Part shown: positions 27,178-38,243 of the stretch, piece by piece
How positions within the stretch are numbered: position 1 is the first letter of the stretch
Layout: each line of letters begins with the position of its first letter
Virus record (IMG/VR): IMGVR_UViG_3300046836_000576
From: an uncultured virus (IMG/VR IMGVR_UViG_3300046836_000576)
Lineage: Duplodnaviria > Heunggongvirae > Uroviricota > Caudoviricetes
Length of the DNA: 64,000 nt
Strand: one strand, 5' to 3'
The notes under the pieces: generated by a model
What the model was told of the DNA's origin: nothing
Databases searched by the model: none
The model's input: the letters and a program-made list of their open reading frames with translations, nothing else
Translations under genes and position numbers: made by a program

Positions 27178-29161
27178 GGAATACCTGATTGGAAGGCTGC
27201 CGCTCCTGTCATTAGCGTTTGATGAGAGCGCTAAACAGAGAAAAGATAAGTATGATTTAGATGTTTGCTGTAATTATGGGGATGAAGCCCCGGCCAAAGG
27301 TAAGGCGGCAAGTGTAGCATTCTTTACCCCACAAAATAAGGTCCTATTTGTAAAACGATCAGCATCAGAAGAAAATTGGGCTGATACTTGGTCCTGGCCC
27401 GGTGGTAAGGTAGATGATGGCGAGGGCGAGTATGATGCGGTTCGTCGTGAATGTGAAGAAGAACTTGGTCATTGTCCAGAAGATGATGGTCAGTGGATTA
27501 AAGTAGAGACTAAACGAACACCATTTGGTTGGGATCATACTACTTTTGCTTGTCCGGTAGAGGATGAATTTGAACCTACATTAAACAGTGAACATTCAGC
27601 TTATCTTTGGCGTGGATTGAATGAATTACCTGAACCACTTCATCCAGGAGTAAAGGCATCATTAGAGAAGTTGAAAGATATTGCAGAGGACGAAGAGCCC
27701 GTCCCACTAGATCCTGATATCTTAGAACTTGCTCGAAACATGCCTTCAAATATCATTCAACAATTGTATCAACTACAGGCCGAGCGTGATAGGTATCGGG
27801 AGCCTGGTGAAGACGCTGAATTCAAGAATCCCGCACAGGATGCAGCACTTAGGCAATTTCTATTTTGTCGTTTACCGAACCTTCTTGCCTATGATGCACC
27901 AGAAGGTACCTGGTCAGAAGAAGTGCATCCTAGAGACAAGACTGGTAAATTTGCCAAGAAAGGTAGTGCTTCACCTAAATTGATAAAGCAGTTGAAGGAT
28001 GCAGGGTATATAGAGCATCCTGATTTCTCTAAAACAGAAATATACCACCATCCGGAAACAGGGCATCATGTCGGTTTTATCGGAATGAGTGGGAATAGCA
28101 ATGCAATCAAACATCTGCCACCCACAGGTAAACCTTCAAAGCTGATTATTGGCCAGAAGGGTATTGCGGAATTCTTACAAAGGGTGCATGGTCATGGTGG
28201 TGGTCCAGTAGATACTGGTACGGAATCAAAGCAAACAGAAAAGGCAATCAAGAAGAAGACTCTAACTCCAAGGGAAAGGATTAAGCAGATCATTGATCCA
28301 ATGGGTTATTATCATACCGTTGAAGCGCAAACAATAGAAGCATTTAAGAATGCCAATATAGCGATAGATATAAGTGGCGGTTCGTGGGGGCGCCCATCAG
28401 AGTTTAGATTAAGGGAATGGAAGGGTACGAAGGTTATTCAACCGGAGGAACTTGATCCTGAACTTCAGCATACGTTTGATCACTTAAAAGAATCTAGTGA
28501 GATGGCAACTAAGGCTTCCATTAGTCTCAGTCATCGTTTAACTGATGAGGAAGCGAAGGAAGTAAAGAGCTTGGTCGCTGAGGAATTAGATTATCCTGAT
28601 AAGAAGATCAAGATAAGCAAGGCAACGCCAACCGATAGATTGAATGGTCGTAGGTTTAGGGTTGCTGGTCATGCTTTCCTGAATACAGGGATTATTAAGA
28701 TTTATCAAAAGAACGTTAGTAGTCGCTCTATTTGCGCAGTTACAGCTCATGAAGTAATGCATCAAAAGTGGGAAGCGGTTAAGCGACAATATGAGAAGGA
28801 ACAAGCTGAATTTCATAAGAAAAGGGCTGAGATCTATCCTAATGATCTCTCAATTGAAGAGGTCAACAGGGATTATCCCACTTATGCTGCAATTGGACTT
28901 ATGCCTGCTTCTGCATTACAGAAGCATGATGGATTGACTGACTATAGTCGGGATTGGTGGAAGTCATACGAAGATGGGCATACTTCCAGTACTAGATTGC
29001 CAATTCATGAGACTTTAGCTGAAATGGCTGCATTAGATTGGGAAGGTATGTTGAACGAAAAAGATTTATCAATATGGTACAGGGATCCTAACCCTTGGAA
29101 GAAGATTTATAAGGCGATTTTAGAGAGATTCCCGCATGTACCAAAGATACAGAGATATTAA
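27152..29161 (+). CDS. Multidomain head-associated protein: NUDIX hydrolase + zincin metallopeptidase
   Basis: Nudix box GGKVDDGEGEYDAVRRECEEELG; HPRDKTGKF motif; HEVMH and downstream ETLAE. Confidence 0.85.
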   Translation: MSLMTTGLREYLIGRLPLLSLAFDESAKQRKDKYDLDVCCNYGDEAPAKGKAASVAFFTPQNKVLFVKRSASEENWADTWSWPGGKVDDGEGEYDAVRRECEEELGHCPEDDGQWIKVETKRTPFGWDHTTFACPVEDEFEPTLNSEHSAYLWRGLNELPEPLHPGVKASLEKLKDIAEDEEPVPLDPDILELARNMPSNIIQQLYQLQAERDRYREPGEDAEFKNPAQDAALRQFLFCRLPNLLAYDAPEGTWSEEVHPRDKTGKFAKKGSASPKLIKQLKDAGYIEHPDFSKTEIYHHPETGHHVGFIGMSGNSNAIKHLPPTGKPSKLIIGQKGIAEFLQRVHGHGGGPVDTGTESKQTEKAIKKKTLTPRERIKQIIDPMGYYHTVEAQTIEAFKNANIAIDISGGSWGRPSEFRLREWKGTKVIQPEELDPELQHTFDHLKESSEMATKASISLSHRLTDEEAKEVKSLVAEELDYPDKKIKISKATPTDRLNGRRFRVAGHAFLNTGIIKIYQKNVSSRSICAVTAHEVMHQKWEAVKRQYEKEQAEFHKKRAEIYPNDLSIEEVNRDYPTYAAIGLMPASALQKHDGLTDYSRDWWKSYEDGHTSSTRLPIHETLAEMAALDWEGMLNEKDLSIWYRDPNPWKKIYKAILERFPHVPKIQRY

Positions 29162-29407
29162 ATGATTGAACATCGAGAAATAGATGGGCGTCCTGCATCA
29201 GTGGTATATCTTGATGAGGACATGGCACCAGCAGAGCGTGATGATGCAACTATAGTCAAGATCTTGTTTGATGATGGTGAGATAAAGTGGTTAGTTGCTG
29301 ATGATAGTGAAGACAACGACGAAGATAAAGAAGATGACGAAGAAGATACTGACGAAGACGAAGCAGAAGATTCCGGTTGGAAAAGTCCTCATTTTAGAAA
29401 GATATAG
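29162..29407 (+). CDS. Small acidic protein
   Basis: Abuts the previous gene; long D/E tail. Confidence 0.75.
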   Translation: MIEHREIDGRPASVVYLDEDMAPAERDDATIVKILFDDGEIKWLVADDSEDNDEDKEDDEEDTDEDEAEDSGWKSPHFRKI

Positions 29408-31206
29408 TGAGAATGGTTATTGGTAATAAGGGATGGGCAGGTGTCACCCGTGGTGGTGGTATTGGTGACAATATTGTAACATCTTCGGTTTTACCGGGAC
29501 TTAAGAAGCGTTATGGACATGTTGAAGTAATTAGTGCATCACCACATCATGTAGTGTTTGAAAATAATCCTTACATTGACAAGTTATCTGTACATGCTCC
29601 GGAAGACATTCCTCTTGAAAGTGGTCCTAATTGGCACTGGATTAGATCAAAGGAATTTGAATTCTATATAAACTTGTCACATTCGATTGAGTTTCAGCAG
29701 GCATTCTTTTCTAGCCAATATCAGTTCCAGTGGCCCAAAGAGGCTAGACACAAGATCGCTAATCGTTCTTATCTAGAAGTAGCACATGATATTGCACTAA
29801 TTCCTTATGATGAAATAGCGCCTGCTTTCTACCCAACTAAAGAAGAAGTCTCTGATGCCCAAGCAATCAAACAGAAAATTGGTGGTCACTTTATTGCCTG
29901 GATGATTAAAGGTACACGATGTGACAAGGTACATCCTTATGCACCATCAATCATTGCCAAGCTGATACAGGAAATAAAACTTCCAGTAGTATTGATGGGA
30001 TCGGCTCGTGAACTAGAATTAGCTAATCTAATTCGCGCTGATCTGATTAAGATAAATGGGGACGCTAACGGATTAAGAAGAGCAATCACTGAACCTGGTG
30101 ACGAATGGCCGATTAGACGCAGCTTGACTTTGGCACAACAGGCTGATTTAGTTATTGGTCCAGATACGGGTGTATTGTGGGCCTGCGCTATGCGTGACAT
30201 GCCAAAGATTGTAATGTTATCCCATGCTTCCCCTGAGAACATTACTAAATATTGGGTGAGAACATCAACTCTACACGCCGATGTCAATAGAGTTGATTGT
30301 TGGCCTTGTCATCGACTACATGATAATATGGTAACATGCAGGCAGAACGAAGAGCAAACAGGCGCAGCTTGTATTAGTGATATATCGGTTAAGTCTATTG
30401 TGCAGGAAGCACATAAGTTGTTGGCCACGGGAACGGTGTCGGTTACTACAGCGTCACCGAAACAGAGTACCGATATTTGTACTTACAAGCATGGACGTCT
30501 GATTTACTTTCCTGGTGACCCTTATATGGGTAAGTTTCTCTCTGAACATGGTGAATATTCCGAGGGTGAAGTTGATCTGTTTAGACAGATTTTACAACCA
30601 GATGATTGCGTTATTGAAGTTGGTGCGAATATCGGGTGTCACACTATTCCACTAGCTAGAATGTGTAGGTCTGTTATTGCCATAGAACCTCAAACCACGT
30701 TGTTTAATACTTTGTGTGGTAATCTTGCTCTTAATGGTATTTCTAATGTTCAGGCAATCAATGCCGCTGCCGGTTCTGAAGTCGGAAGTTGTGTTGTTCC
30801 AATTGTTGATTATCAAGCATTGGGTGTTAATTTTGGTGGCATTTCAATGCTGCCTGCGGGTAGTTCAGGTCAGAAGATTACTATGATGATGTTAGTTGAT
30901 TTAAGGCATTTGGTATCTAATCTAAAACTAATCAAAGCCGATGTTGAGGGGATGGAGTGGAACGTATTGATGGGGGCATGGCCTCTTATTTCAGAACATA
31001 GACCTTACTTGTATTTAGAAGATGATCGAGAAGATAAACGTGAACGTTTACATACCTTGCTTAGAGAGATGAATTATCGAATTTATCAGCATCATCCACC
31101 TTATGTTATTGGACACAATAACTTGGTTTCTCTAAACCTGTTTTGTGTCCCTGAGGAAAAGGAACTAGACCATGACGTTTCAATACGGCACGGCCTTACG
31201 CAATAA
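29407..31206 (+). CDS. GT9-like glycosyltransferase fused to FkbM-family methyltransferase
   Basis: GGIGD, NNPYID, ADLVIGPDTG, CWPCH; EVGANIG.HT, IEPQ, IKADVEG.E. Confidence 0.88.
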   Translation: MRMVIGNKGWAGVTRGGGIGDNIVTSSVLPGLKKRYGHVEVISASPHHVVFENNPYIDKLSVHAPEDIPLESGPNWHWIRSKEFEFYINLSHSIEFQQAFFSSQYQFQWPKEARHKIANRSYLEVAHDIALIPYDEIAPAFYPTKEEVSDAQAIKQKIGGHFIAWMIKGTRCDKVHPYAPSIIAKLIQEIKLPVVLMGSARELELANLIRADLIKINGDANGLRRAITEPGDEWPIRRSLTLAQQADLVIGPDTGVLWACAMRDMPKIVMLSHASPENITKYWVRTSTLHADVNRVDCWPCHRLHDNMVTCRQNEEQTGAACISDISVKSIVQEAHKLLATGTVSVTTASPKQSTDICTYKHGRLIYFPGDPYMGKFLSEHGEYSEGEVDLFRQILQPDDCVIEVGANIGCHTIPLARMCRSVIAIEPQTTLFNTLCGNLALNGISNVQAINAAAGSEVGSCVVPIVDYQALGVNFGGISMLPAGSSGQKITMMMLVDLRHLVSNLKLIKADVEGMEWNVLMGAWPLISEHRPYLYLEDDREDKRERLHTLLREMNYRIYQHHPPYVIGHNNLVSLNLFCVPEEKELDHDVSIRHGLTQ

Positions 31207-31555
31207 CCAGATTGGCCAAATCCAAACGTCTATCGGCACAGCTGGTTTATTGAAAATATTTACGGGTGCCGAGCCAGCGAGCTGTACTGCGGCTGATCCT
31301 GCTGGACCTGTGGCAACGATTGCACTTCCAGCGACCTTTCTAACCTCTGTTGCTGGTGTGACAACTATTGCTGGTGCTTGGACTGCTAGTGCCGCTGCAA
31401 CTGGTACTGCTTCAAGCTTTCGAATGTATGACGCTGCCGGTACCTGCCATGTTCAGGGGAATGTCGCCACCGATCTTGTACTTAACAATACCTCGATTAC
31501 GTCTGGTCAGACGGTGACCGTTACCAGTTTTAGTGTTACCGCTGGGAACGCATAA
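31172..31555 (+). CDS. Small T/A-rich virion protein
   Basis: LKIFTG..P, GTA..FR, DLVLNNTSI.SGQ.V.V.SF pattern. Confidence 0.75.
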   Translation: MTFQYGTALRNNQIGQIQTSIGTAGLLKIFTGAEPASCTAADPAGPVATIALPATFLTSVAGVTTIAGAWTASAAATGTASSFRMYDAAGTCHVQGNVATDLVLNNTSITSGQTVTVTSFSVTAGNA

Positions 31556-31568
31556 AGGGAGTACCGCG

Positions 31569-31901
31569 ATGGCCGTAGCGACCGCGACCCCGGAGCAACT
31601 GGCGCAACTGCATAATTTCGTGCAGATGCAGCGAGCGACGACTATCGAGTGGTTCAGGATTATGAACCAGATCGAGGCGTTGATCCTTGGCTGGAATAGT
31701 ACCATCTTGGGCATTATCGGCCCGCCACAGAACACCGTCATTCACGATGCGAGCAGCCTCGCTGGTTGCTCAGAGTTGACCGACACACAAGTTACCAATC
31801 TGTTTGGTACACTTCAGCAGATGCACACGGATTACTTCACGGCGAACAATCAAGCCGCTGCCGTGCTGGCGACTGGACCGGGCAACTCAAGTGTTAGCTG
31901 A
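31569..31901 (+). CDS. Hypothetical virion protein
   Basis: GGGAG RBS before MAVAT; TGATG coupling to next gene. Confidence 0.7.
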   Translation: MAVATATPEQLAQLHNFVQMQRATTIEWFRIMNQIEALILGWNSTILGIIGPPQNTVIHDASSLAGCSELTDTQVTNLFGTLQQMHTDYFTANNQAAAVLATGPGNSSVS

Positions 31902-33175
31902 TGGCTGTCAACCTAACCACAATTTGGCGTGCCAGACCACTTGGTAACAATGCCAATGGCGGCGGGTACGATCCCGGCATAGCTGGCGCGGGAACCGATT
32001 ACAGTCAGCAGGATGCGGCGCAAGCCAGCGGTACCAACGGGTCCGCTACCGGAACCACCACATTCACCGCATCCGGTTTCACTTCTGCAATGGTGGGTAA
32101 CGCCATCAATATTGCAGGGCAGGGGTTTTACTTCATTACCTCTTACACTAATGCCAGCAACGTTGTAGTAGATCGGGCATTAGGAACATTCTCGGGAGCA
32201 AGCTGGAGATTAGGTGGAGGTTGGTCGGACTTTGTAACCAATACGACGAGCGCCGGTCCACTGGTGCCAGGGAACATCATCTACATCCTGGGTGGGGCTG
32301 CACCGAGCTATGCTTCGCCGGATTACGCCGTATCGTATTTTACACCAGTTTCCGGTGCACCTGATCTCGGTTTGATACAATTTGTCGGCGACCCTAATAC
32401 ACCAATCAGTAATGGATATGGGGGACTGCCACTTATCAACTCGACCTATGGGATCATATTTTACCAATCGCAGTATTATGCTGTCCGTAATTTGTACATA
32501 TTCGCTGGTAGCACGACAGGCGGTGGAATAGTTCAGTCATATGTCGGGCCAGCCTTTATAACGGGGGTGGTTTACGACGAAAATGGTTGGGATCAGTCTT
32601 TGACCGGGCTGACAGGTCCGTGTCATGTGATTAACTGCGAGATTTTTAGTTCCATTCCTGCAAGAGCGGGATACACTTTCCCTGGTATTAACTGTGGTCC
32701 GTATGGGACGAGAATTATAAACTGCAATATTCATAACTGCCTTGGTGTTGGTGTAGTTCTAACTTGGATCGGAAGTATACATAACTCAATTATCGCAAAG
32801 AACGGAGGCAGTGGGATAGTTTTTCAAGGGGATGGCAGCACTGGTTGGCTGACTGCTGTTTTCAACTGCACGATAGATGGCAACGGTGGACACGGCATAG
32901 AGATTGGGGTGGGAAACAGTAACAACCAATCCCTGTTAGCCCAGACAGCAATCGTGGGTAACATCATCAGCAACCATACCGGGGTGAGTAAAGCGGGGAT
33001 CGCGGTCACTACCAACCTCGCAGTGCAGAACGACCTGTGCAAGGCGATGGTGGATTTCAACTCTTTCTACAATAACGCAGTCAACTGTTCTGGCATAAGC
33101 GCGGGAGCGCATGACGTTGCACTGCCGTCTGATCCTTATGTTGCTCAGTCAACCCAGAATTATAAGTTAAAGTGA
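31901..33175 (+). CDS. Right-handed beta-helix protein
   Basis: Stacked INC.I.N, N.G.GI and NCTI.GN repeats. Confidence 0.8.
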   Translation: MAVNLTTIWRARPLGNNANGGGYDPGIAGAGTDYSQQDAAQASGTNGSATGTTTFTASGFTSAMVGNAINIAGQGFYFITSYTNASNVVVDRALGTFSGASWRLGGGWSDFVTNTTSAGPLVPGNIIYILGGAAPSYASPDYAVSYFTPVSGAPDLGLIQFVGDPNTPISNGYGGLPLINSTYGIIFYQSQYYAVRNLYIFAGSTTGGGIVQSYVGPAFITGVVYDENGWDQSLTGLTGPCHVINCEIFSSIPARAGYTFPGINCGPYGTRIINCNIHNCLGVGVVLTWIGSIHNSIIAKNGGSGIVFQGDGSTGWLTAVFNCTIDGNGGHGIEIGVGNSNNQSLLAQTAIVGNIISNHTGVSKAGIAVTTNLAVQNDLCKAMVDFNSFYNNAVNCSGISAGAHDVALPSDPYVAQSTQNYKLK

Positions 33176-33426
33176 TGGCGTGGGTCCGCTCTGGCGAATG
33201 CTGTAAATGTGGTGATTGTTGCCGGGGTGGTATCGGTAACCTTCCAGCACAACCAGATGGTGCCTGCCCGTTCCTAGAACGTGAAGAGGACGGACAGCGT
33301 CTTTGCGCCATACACGATTCTCAAAACACTTATTGGTCGCGCGGTTGCAATGTGTGGCCAGATCATCCCCATCAAATTAGGAATTACGATCGCTGCACGT
33401 TCAGTTTTGTGTGGCAGGATGACTGA
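33172..33426 (+). CDS. YkgJ-like cysteine-cluster protein
   Basis: CCKCGDCC, CPFL, CAIH, CNVWP. Confidence 0.8.
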   Translation: MMAWVRSGECCKCGDCCRGGIGNLPAQPDGACPFLEREEDGQRLCAIHDSQNTYWSRGCNVWPDHPHQIRNYDRCTFSFVWQDD

Positions 33427-36400
33427 TGGCCGTCCAAACTATCTATCTGCTGGGCACAGCGGGAGTTACACCGAACTTCTGGGGCAACACCCAACTTAAC
33501 GGTTCTGCTCCAACTGCGGCCAATTCTGCCTTCGGCTGGGGACCAGCCAAGACCGCTGTCACTACGCCTTATTATCGTGGACGCTTAGGAGCAACCACTA
33601 CCGGCTCTGATGCCGCTGTCTCAACCAGCTACAACGCGGGTCGAGCGACACCACAACCCGGCACTGGTACTGGTGCGGCGACGGCGGGCGACAGCTTTGT
33701 TGTTGGTCCACTAACTGGTACTTTTGCCGCTACCGCGTGGACCTTTAACTTCAATCTGCGCGCCGGGACAGCGGGGGCGATCGGCCATGTCAACATGCGG
33801 ATGTGGCGTGGTACCCTTGCTAACGGTTCTAATGCTACACAGGTCGTCGCTAACACTGTGGGTGCGACAGTCACCCTATCAACCAGCGCCGATGTTAATA
33901 GCTCGATCACCGCCTCGCCGGGGCAGTTGGTACTCAACAATGAGTACCTGTTCTTTCAGGTAGAGTGGCAGGAAACCACTGCCGGATCGAGTAACAGCGA
34001 CAATGTCTTCTTCCGTATCGGTACGGCTTCGATCACCACCGCTGATTATGTTGCCGCCGCGACCGGCACGGTTGCTGTTACTGAGATTTCCGACACGATC
34101 GTCTCGACCGGTAGAACTCCCTATGTTGGCACGCTTGCTGTTACTGAGATTTCCGACACGATCGTCGCGGCAGGCGGTCCAAGGATAGCCGGAACGCTCG
34201 CTGTTACCGAGATTTCCGACACGCTCGTCGCAACGGCGGAAGGTCCAGCGGCTCCGATAGCGGTCGCCCCCTGGCCCCCAGCCTTCCCGCAACACGGCGC
34301 AGGGCAAAGTTTAGGTGTAACAAACTTTGCCGCACCGGGTGCGGTGCAGCCCTCGATCAGTGGGTTGGTCGCCGGTCCTTGGCCCCCCGCCTTCCCGCAG
34401 CACAGGGCGGGGCAGACAACCGGTGTTACCAACTATACGCATCCCGGTGCGGTGCAACCGGTTTACCAGATCGCTGATACTGGTATTGTTAATGGTAATC
34501 TTTCCCGGGCTGAAATACCGGATATACTGACAGCAACTGGCACTGTTCTAAGTGGTGTTGGTGGTAATCTCTCCCAGATTGAAGCGCTCGATACGATAAC
34601 TGCTGCTGGCAATGTTCCAGTAATTGGTAATCTCTCTATTGTTCAGGCGTCACAGACCATCTCCTCTACTGGTACTGTGACCATACGTGGTACATTAAGT
34701 CAGCTACAGGCACCAAATACTTTATCAGCAGTTGCTAGGGCAACCGTTACTGGTACACTTAATCTTCCACAAGCAAATAATACAATATCAGCAACTGGTA
34801 CTCCTATTGTTGCTGGTACACTTAATCAGAATCAAGCTAATAATACAATTATAAGTACTGGTACTGTTGTAGTTCGTGGTGTACTCAATCAACTTCAAGC
34901 AAATCAAATAATCTCCTCAACTGGTGCTGTACTTTCGCCAGTCATTGGTACTCTAAGTGTTAATGAAGCGGCGGATTCGGTTTCTGCCACGGGCACGGTT
35001 GCTAATCCGCTCGATGTTGTTTTGCTTTGTCACTTTGACACGGGATTTATTGACTTTTCGAACTACGCGCACAAGCTAACCCCGATTGGCAATGTCATCC
35101 TCTCAGGAGCCAATCCGAAATTTGGTTCTGGTTCTGCGAACTACGTCATCGGGAACGGTGCCAATTCAATCGACACCGGCAATTCGTCTGATTTTTACTT
35201 TGGTGCCGCGCCGTTTACGATCGAGGCTTGGTGCTATGCGACCCAATCGGGGACCGGTGACGGCTATGATCCGATCCTGGCCCAGTGGGACGCGGTCCTC
35301 GGTAATGTCGGCTTTTTCTTTAATGTCTTTCCGCAGATCATGTTTTTCTGGAGTCCTGACGGCAACGCTTATTCCTACATCTCATCCACCGGGCCATTGT
35401 CGCCGTTAAACGCTTGGCACCATGTCGCGGCTGACCGAGACGCCACGGGCTTTTTACGTCTTTACCTAGACGGTGCTGTAGTTGCTTCTGGTCCGTGTCT
35501 AGACAGTTTCTATCATTCGTCACTAACCACTCGGATCGGGAATGACAATAGTGCTGGTCGCGCGTTCCCCGGGTATATAGATGAAATAAGAGTGGTGCGG
35601 GGCACCGCTGTCTATGGTGGTGCTTTTACACCACCGACAGCACCGTTCCCCAATCCATTACCTAGCGGTTTTAGCGGTTCGCTTAATGTTACCCAAGCTA
35701 ATCAGATAATTACAAGTACTGGTACTATTGTAGTTAGTGGTGCTCTTAATCAACCACAAGCAAACAATACAATAGCGTCCACTGGTACTGTCACTATTCT
35801 TGGGACGCTAAGTCAGTCACAAGCACCTAATACTTTATCGGCAGTGGTTAGAGCCACTGTTTCTGGTACGCTTAATGTTCTTCAAGCACCAAATACTTTA
35901 TCAGCGATCGCTAGAACCAATGTTACTGGCACTCTTGGTCAGTTACAACCACCAAATACTTTAGTAGCAACTGGCTCGGTTCTTTCTGGTATTGGTGGTG
36001 CTCTTAATGTTCTTCAAGCGTCACAGACATTAACAGCGGCCGGTAATTCACCCTATGTTATCAAAGGTGATCTTAGTCAGCTACAGGCACCAAATACTTT
36101 ATCAGCAGTTGCTAGAGTAACCGTTACAGGTACTCTTGGTCAGTTACAACCACCAAATGCACTTGTTGCGACGGGCAGTTTGGTTGTTAGTGGTACTCTT
36201 AGTCGGCTTCAAGCTACACAAACAATTACTACCACTGGTACAATCACTGTTGGTGGTGTTCTTAATCGAGTACAAGTATCTAATACAATAGTTTCTACTG
36301 GTGTGGTTGTTGTTACTGGTACATTAAATCAACTACAGTTATCAAATACTTTATCAGCTACTGGATCAGCTCTTTCTGGTATTGGTGGTGCTCTTGATGT

Positions 36401-36968
36401 TCTTCAAGCATCACAAACAATATCAGCAACCGGTAGTGTGCCTTATGTTGCTACACTTAATCAGGTTCAGGCGTCTAATACTATAGTTGCTACTGCTAGT
36501 CTTGTAGTTGTTGGTACACTTAATCGAACACAAGCAAATAATACAGTAGTATCAGAAGCTTCAGCTATTGCTGGTGGTGTACTCAATCTAGTTCAAGACA
36601 ATCAGTCATTTATTGGTACGGGTAGAATTGTTGTTGAAGGTACTTTACGAGTTGCTCAAAATGATAACATAGTAAGTGCAACTTGCTTTGTTGATAAGAT
36701 TACAGCAGATCTTGAAGTAGTAGAGACAAACGATACAATTACAGGATTTGCTTCTATTGGTGCTGCTTGGTTCCCTGCTGTTCCTGGTGTAATTCCAGGT
36801 ACACCACCTGATCGGATATTAGTTGGTGATAACCCTGATAGGCTGGTTGTTGCTGGTGAAAATGGTAGTCGTACAAGTACAGGCACTGCTCCTAACAGAA
36901 CGAACGTTGCCGGTGGTAATGGTAACAGGACAATATCTGTCCCATCCCGTCGTAGGATTGCCGCATGA
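33426..36968 (+). CDS. Large repeat-rich head fibre/decoration protein with LamG domain
   Basis: About 21-25-aa G(T/A)L.Q.QA.NT repeats flanking a LamG domain ([25 protein letters not shown]). Confidence 0.85.
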   Translation: MAVQTIYLLGTAGVTPNFWGNTQLNGSAPTAANSAFGWGPAKTAVTTPYYRGRLGATTTGSDAAVSTSYNAGRATPQPGTGTGAATAGDSFVVGPLTGTFAATAWTFNFNLRAGTAGAIGHVNMRMWRGTLANGSNATQVVANTVGATVTLSTSADVNSSITASPGQLVLNNEYLFFQVEWQETTAGSSNSDNVFFRIGTASITTADYVAAATGTVAVTEISDTIVSTGRTPYVGTLAVTEISDTIVAAGGPRIAGTLAVTEISDTLVATAEGPAAPIAVAPWPPAFPQHGAGQSLGVTNFAAPGAVQPSISGLVAGPWPPAFPQHRAGQTTGVTNYTHPGAVQPVYQIADTGIVNGNLSRAEIPDILTATGTVLSGVGGNLSQIEALDTITAAGNVPVIGNLSIVQASQTISSTGTVTIRGTLSQLQAPNTLSAVARATVTGTLNLPQANNTISATGTPIVAGTLNQNQANNTIISTGTVVVRGVLNQLQANQIISSTGAVLSPVIGTLSVNEAADSVSATGTVANPLDVVLLCHFDTGFIDFSNYAHKLTPIGNVILSGANPKFGSGSANYVIGNGANSIDTGNSSDFYFGAAPFTIEAWCYATQSGTGDGYDPILAQWDAVLGNVGFFFNVFPQIMFFWSPDGNAYSYISSTGPLSPLNAWHHVAADRDATGFLRLYLDGAVVASGPCLDSFYHSSLTTRIGNDNSAGRAFPGYIDEIRVVRGTAVYGGAFTPPTAPFPNPLPSGFSGSLNVTQANQIITSTGTIVVSGALNQPQANNTIASTGTVTILGTLSQSQAPNTLSAVVRATVSGTLNVLQAPNTLSAIARTNVTGTLGQLQPPNTLVATGSVLSGIGGALNVLQASQTLTAAGNSPYVIKGDLSQLQAPNTLSAVARVTVTGTLGQLQPPNALVATGSLVVSGTLSRLQATQTITTTGTITVGGVLNRVQVSNTIVSTGVVVVTGTLNQLQLSNTLSATGSALSGIGGALDVLQASQTISATGSVPYVATLNQVQASNTIVATASLVVVGTLNRTQANNTVVSEASAIAGGVLNLVQDNQSFIGTGRIVVEGTLRVAQNDNIVSATCFVDKITADLEVVETNDTITGFASIGAAWFPAVPGVIPGTPPDRILVGDNPDRLVVAGENGSRTSTGTAPNRTNVAGGNGNRTISVPSRRRIAA

Positions 36969-37606
36969 TCGCAATGGTTGGAGCATTTAACCCACTCAAG
37001 TCGCAATCCAGTCCTATTGCGATGGATCAAAACCCATCTGTGCGCAGGGTTAGTGAAGACGGTCATATGCACGTTGAAAATAGCAACATATCAAAAGCGA
37101 CTGTTAATCCATACTGGGGTGAAGAGATTCCGGACTATGAAAGATTAGGATTAGACCCTGCTAGAAAGTATTGGTTGTTAAGGCATCCCAAGGAATTGGC
37201 AAAGGGTGCTAGAACCTTTAACAACTTACCTATACTCGCGAAACATCAGCCTATTAGTTCAGATAAGCATCCAGCTGATTTAGTGGTTGGTTCTACTGGT
37301 ACCAATGCTGTTTATAGACATCCTTATCTGCAGAATAGTTTGGTTTTTTGGACAAAACCCGCCATAGATTCAATTGAAGATGGTGAACAGAGAGAGTTAT
37401 CTTGTGCGTATCATTACGACCCTTTAATGACCCCAGGTATGTATGAGGGTCAGCACTATGATGGGATTATGACTAATATACGAGGCAACCATGTCGCGCT
37501 CGTCGAGGATGGCCGTGCGGGCTCGGATGTAGTTGTAGCTGATGCTGCTTTTGATGAGAATTTAGGTCATTGGTGGACTATTGTTCATGCTGTGGTTCGG
37601 ATTTAG
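36965..37606 (+). CDS. Prohead protease (DUF2213-like)
   Basis: ISKA.VNPY.G.EIP, RELSCAY, YDG.MTNI.GNHVALV..GRAG.DV. Confidence 0.88.
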   Translation: MIAMVGAFNPLKSQSSPIAMDQNPSVRRVSEDGHMHVENSNISKATVNPYWGEEIPDYERLGLDPARKYWLLRHPKELAKGARTFNNLPILAKHQPISSDKHPADLVVGSTGTNAVYRHPYLQNSLVFWTKPAIDSIEDGEQRELSCAYHYDPLMTPGMYEGQHYDGIMTNIRGNHVALVEDGRAGSDVVVADAAFDENLGHWWTIVHAVVRI

Positions 37607-38194
37607 TTTACATTTATCGAAATGCCATCGCTTCAAAACCATTAGATTACTTTCCAATCCACAGTGTGGGCAATGAACTCTTATGTGAGCACCTGACTTT
37701 TGTAGAGATGCAGCTTTTCGACCACCAACAAGTCCTGCCTTTCGACCAATCTCTGAGCTTTGTTCTTTAGTTAGATTTATGCGACTTCTTAATCCAGCTT
37801 CATGACCTTGTTTAGACTTTTGCTCAAATGTTTTCGACTCTGCTGAGGCTTTACCTGCTTTTCGACCGATTTCTGAACTTCTCTCTGGTGTTAATGCTTT
37901 AGCTCGAGCTAGCCCACCATTTCTACTATTACCTTTCCGGCCCATTAGGCTTCTTAGTTGTCTTCGTTTCTCTGGATCCATTGTTACAATAGGTATTTTG
38001 GAATAGTGAACCGTGTCAACTTTGTAACCTTTCTTAATCTGCCACCACTTCTCACGATCACCAGCTTCTTTAGGTGTATTGCATACTTCAATAACTACAA
38101 GATTAGTTCCTTTTGGGTACCACTTTGCCTTTTCCTCTATAGTAAGCTGTGTACAACCAACCTTTTTCCCGGGTATTTCATAGATTATGTACAT
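37562..38194 (-). mobile_element. Antisense free-standing putative homing endonuclease (GIY-YIG-like)
   Basis: YIIY...KVGCT, EAGDREK, repeated SSEIGRKAG helices, CPHCG..RWHFDKCK; only clear minus-strand gene in the late region. Confidence 0.65.
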
Positions 38195-38243
38195 TAAATC
38201 GTCCTTGGCAAGTTGCTTCGTCTAATATAGCAGGAATAGTTAA

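Noticed and set aside
37562..38243. Group I intron joining protease and scaffold
   Set aside because: Almost no non-coding space for a ribozyme core; the nuclease is antisense; the scaffold has its own RBS
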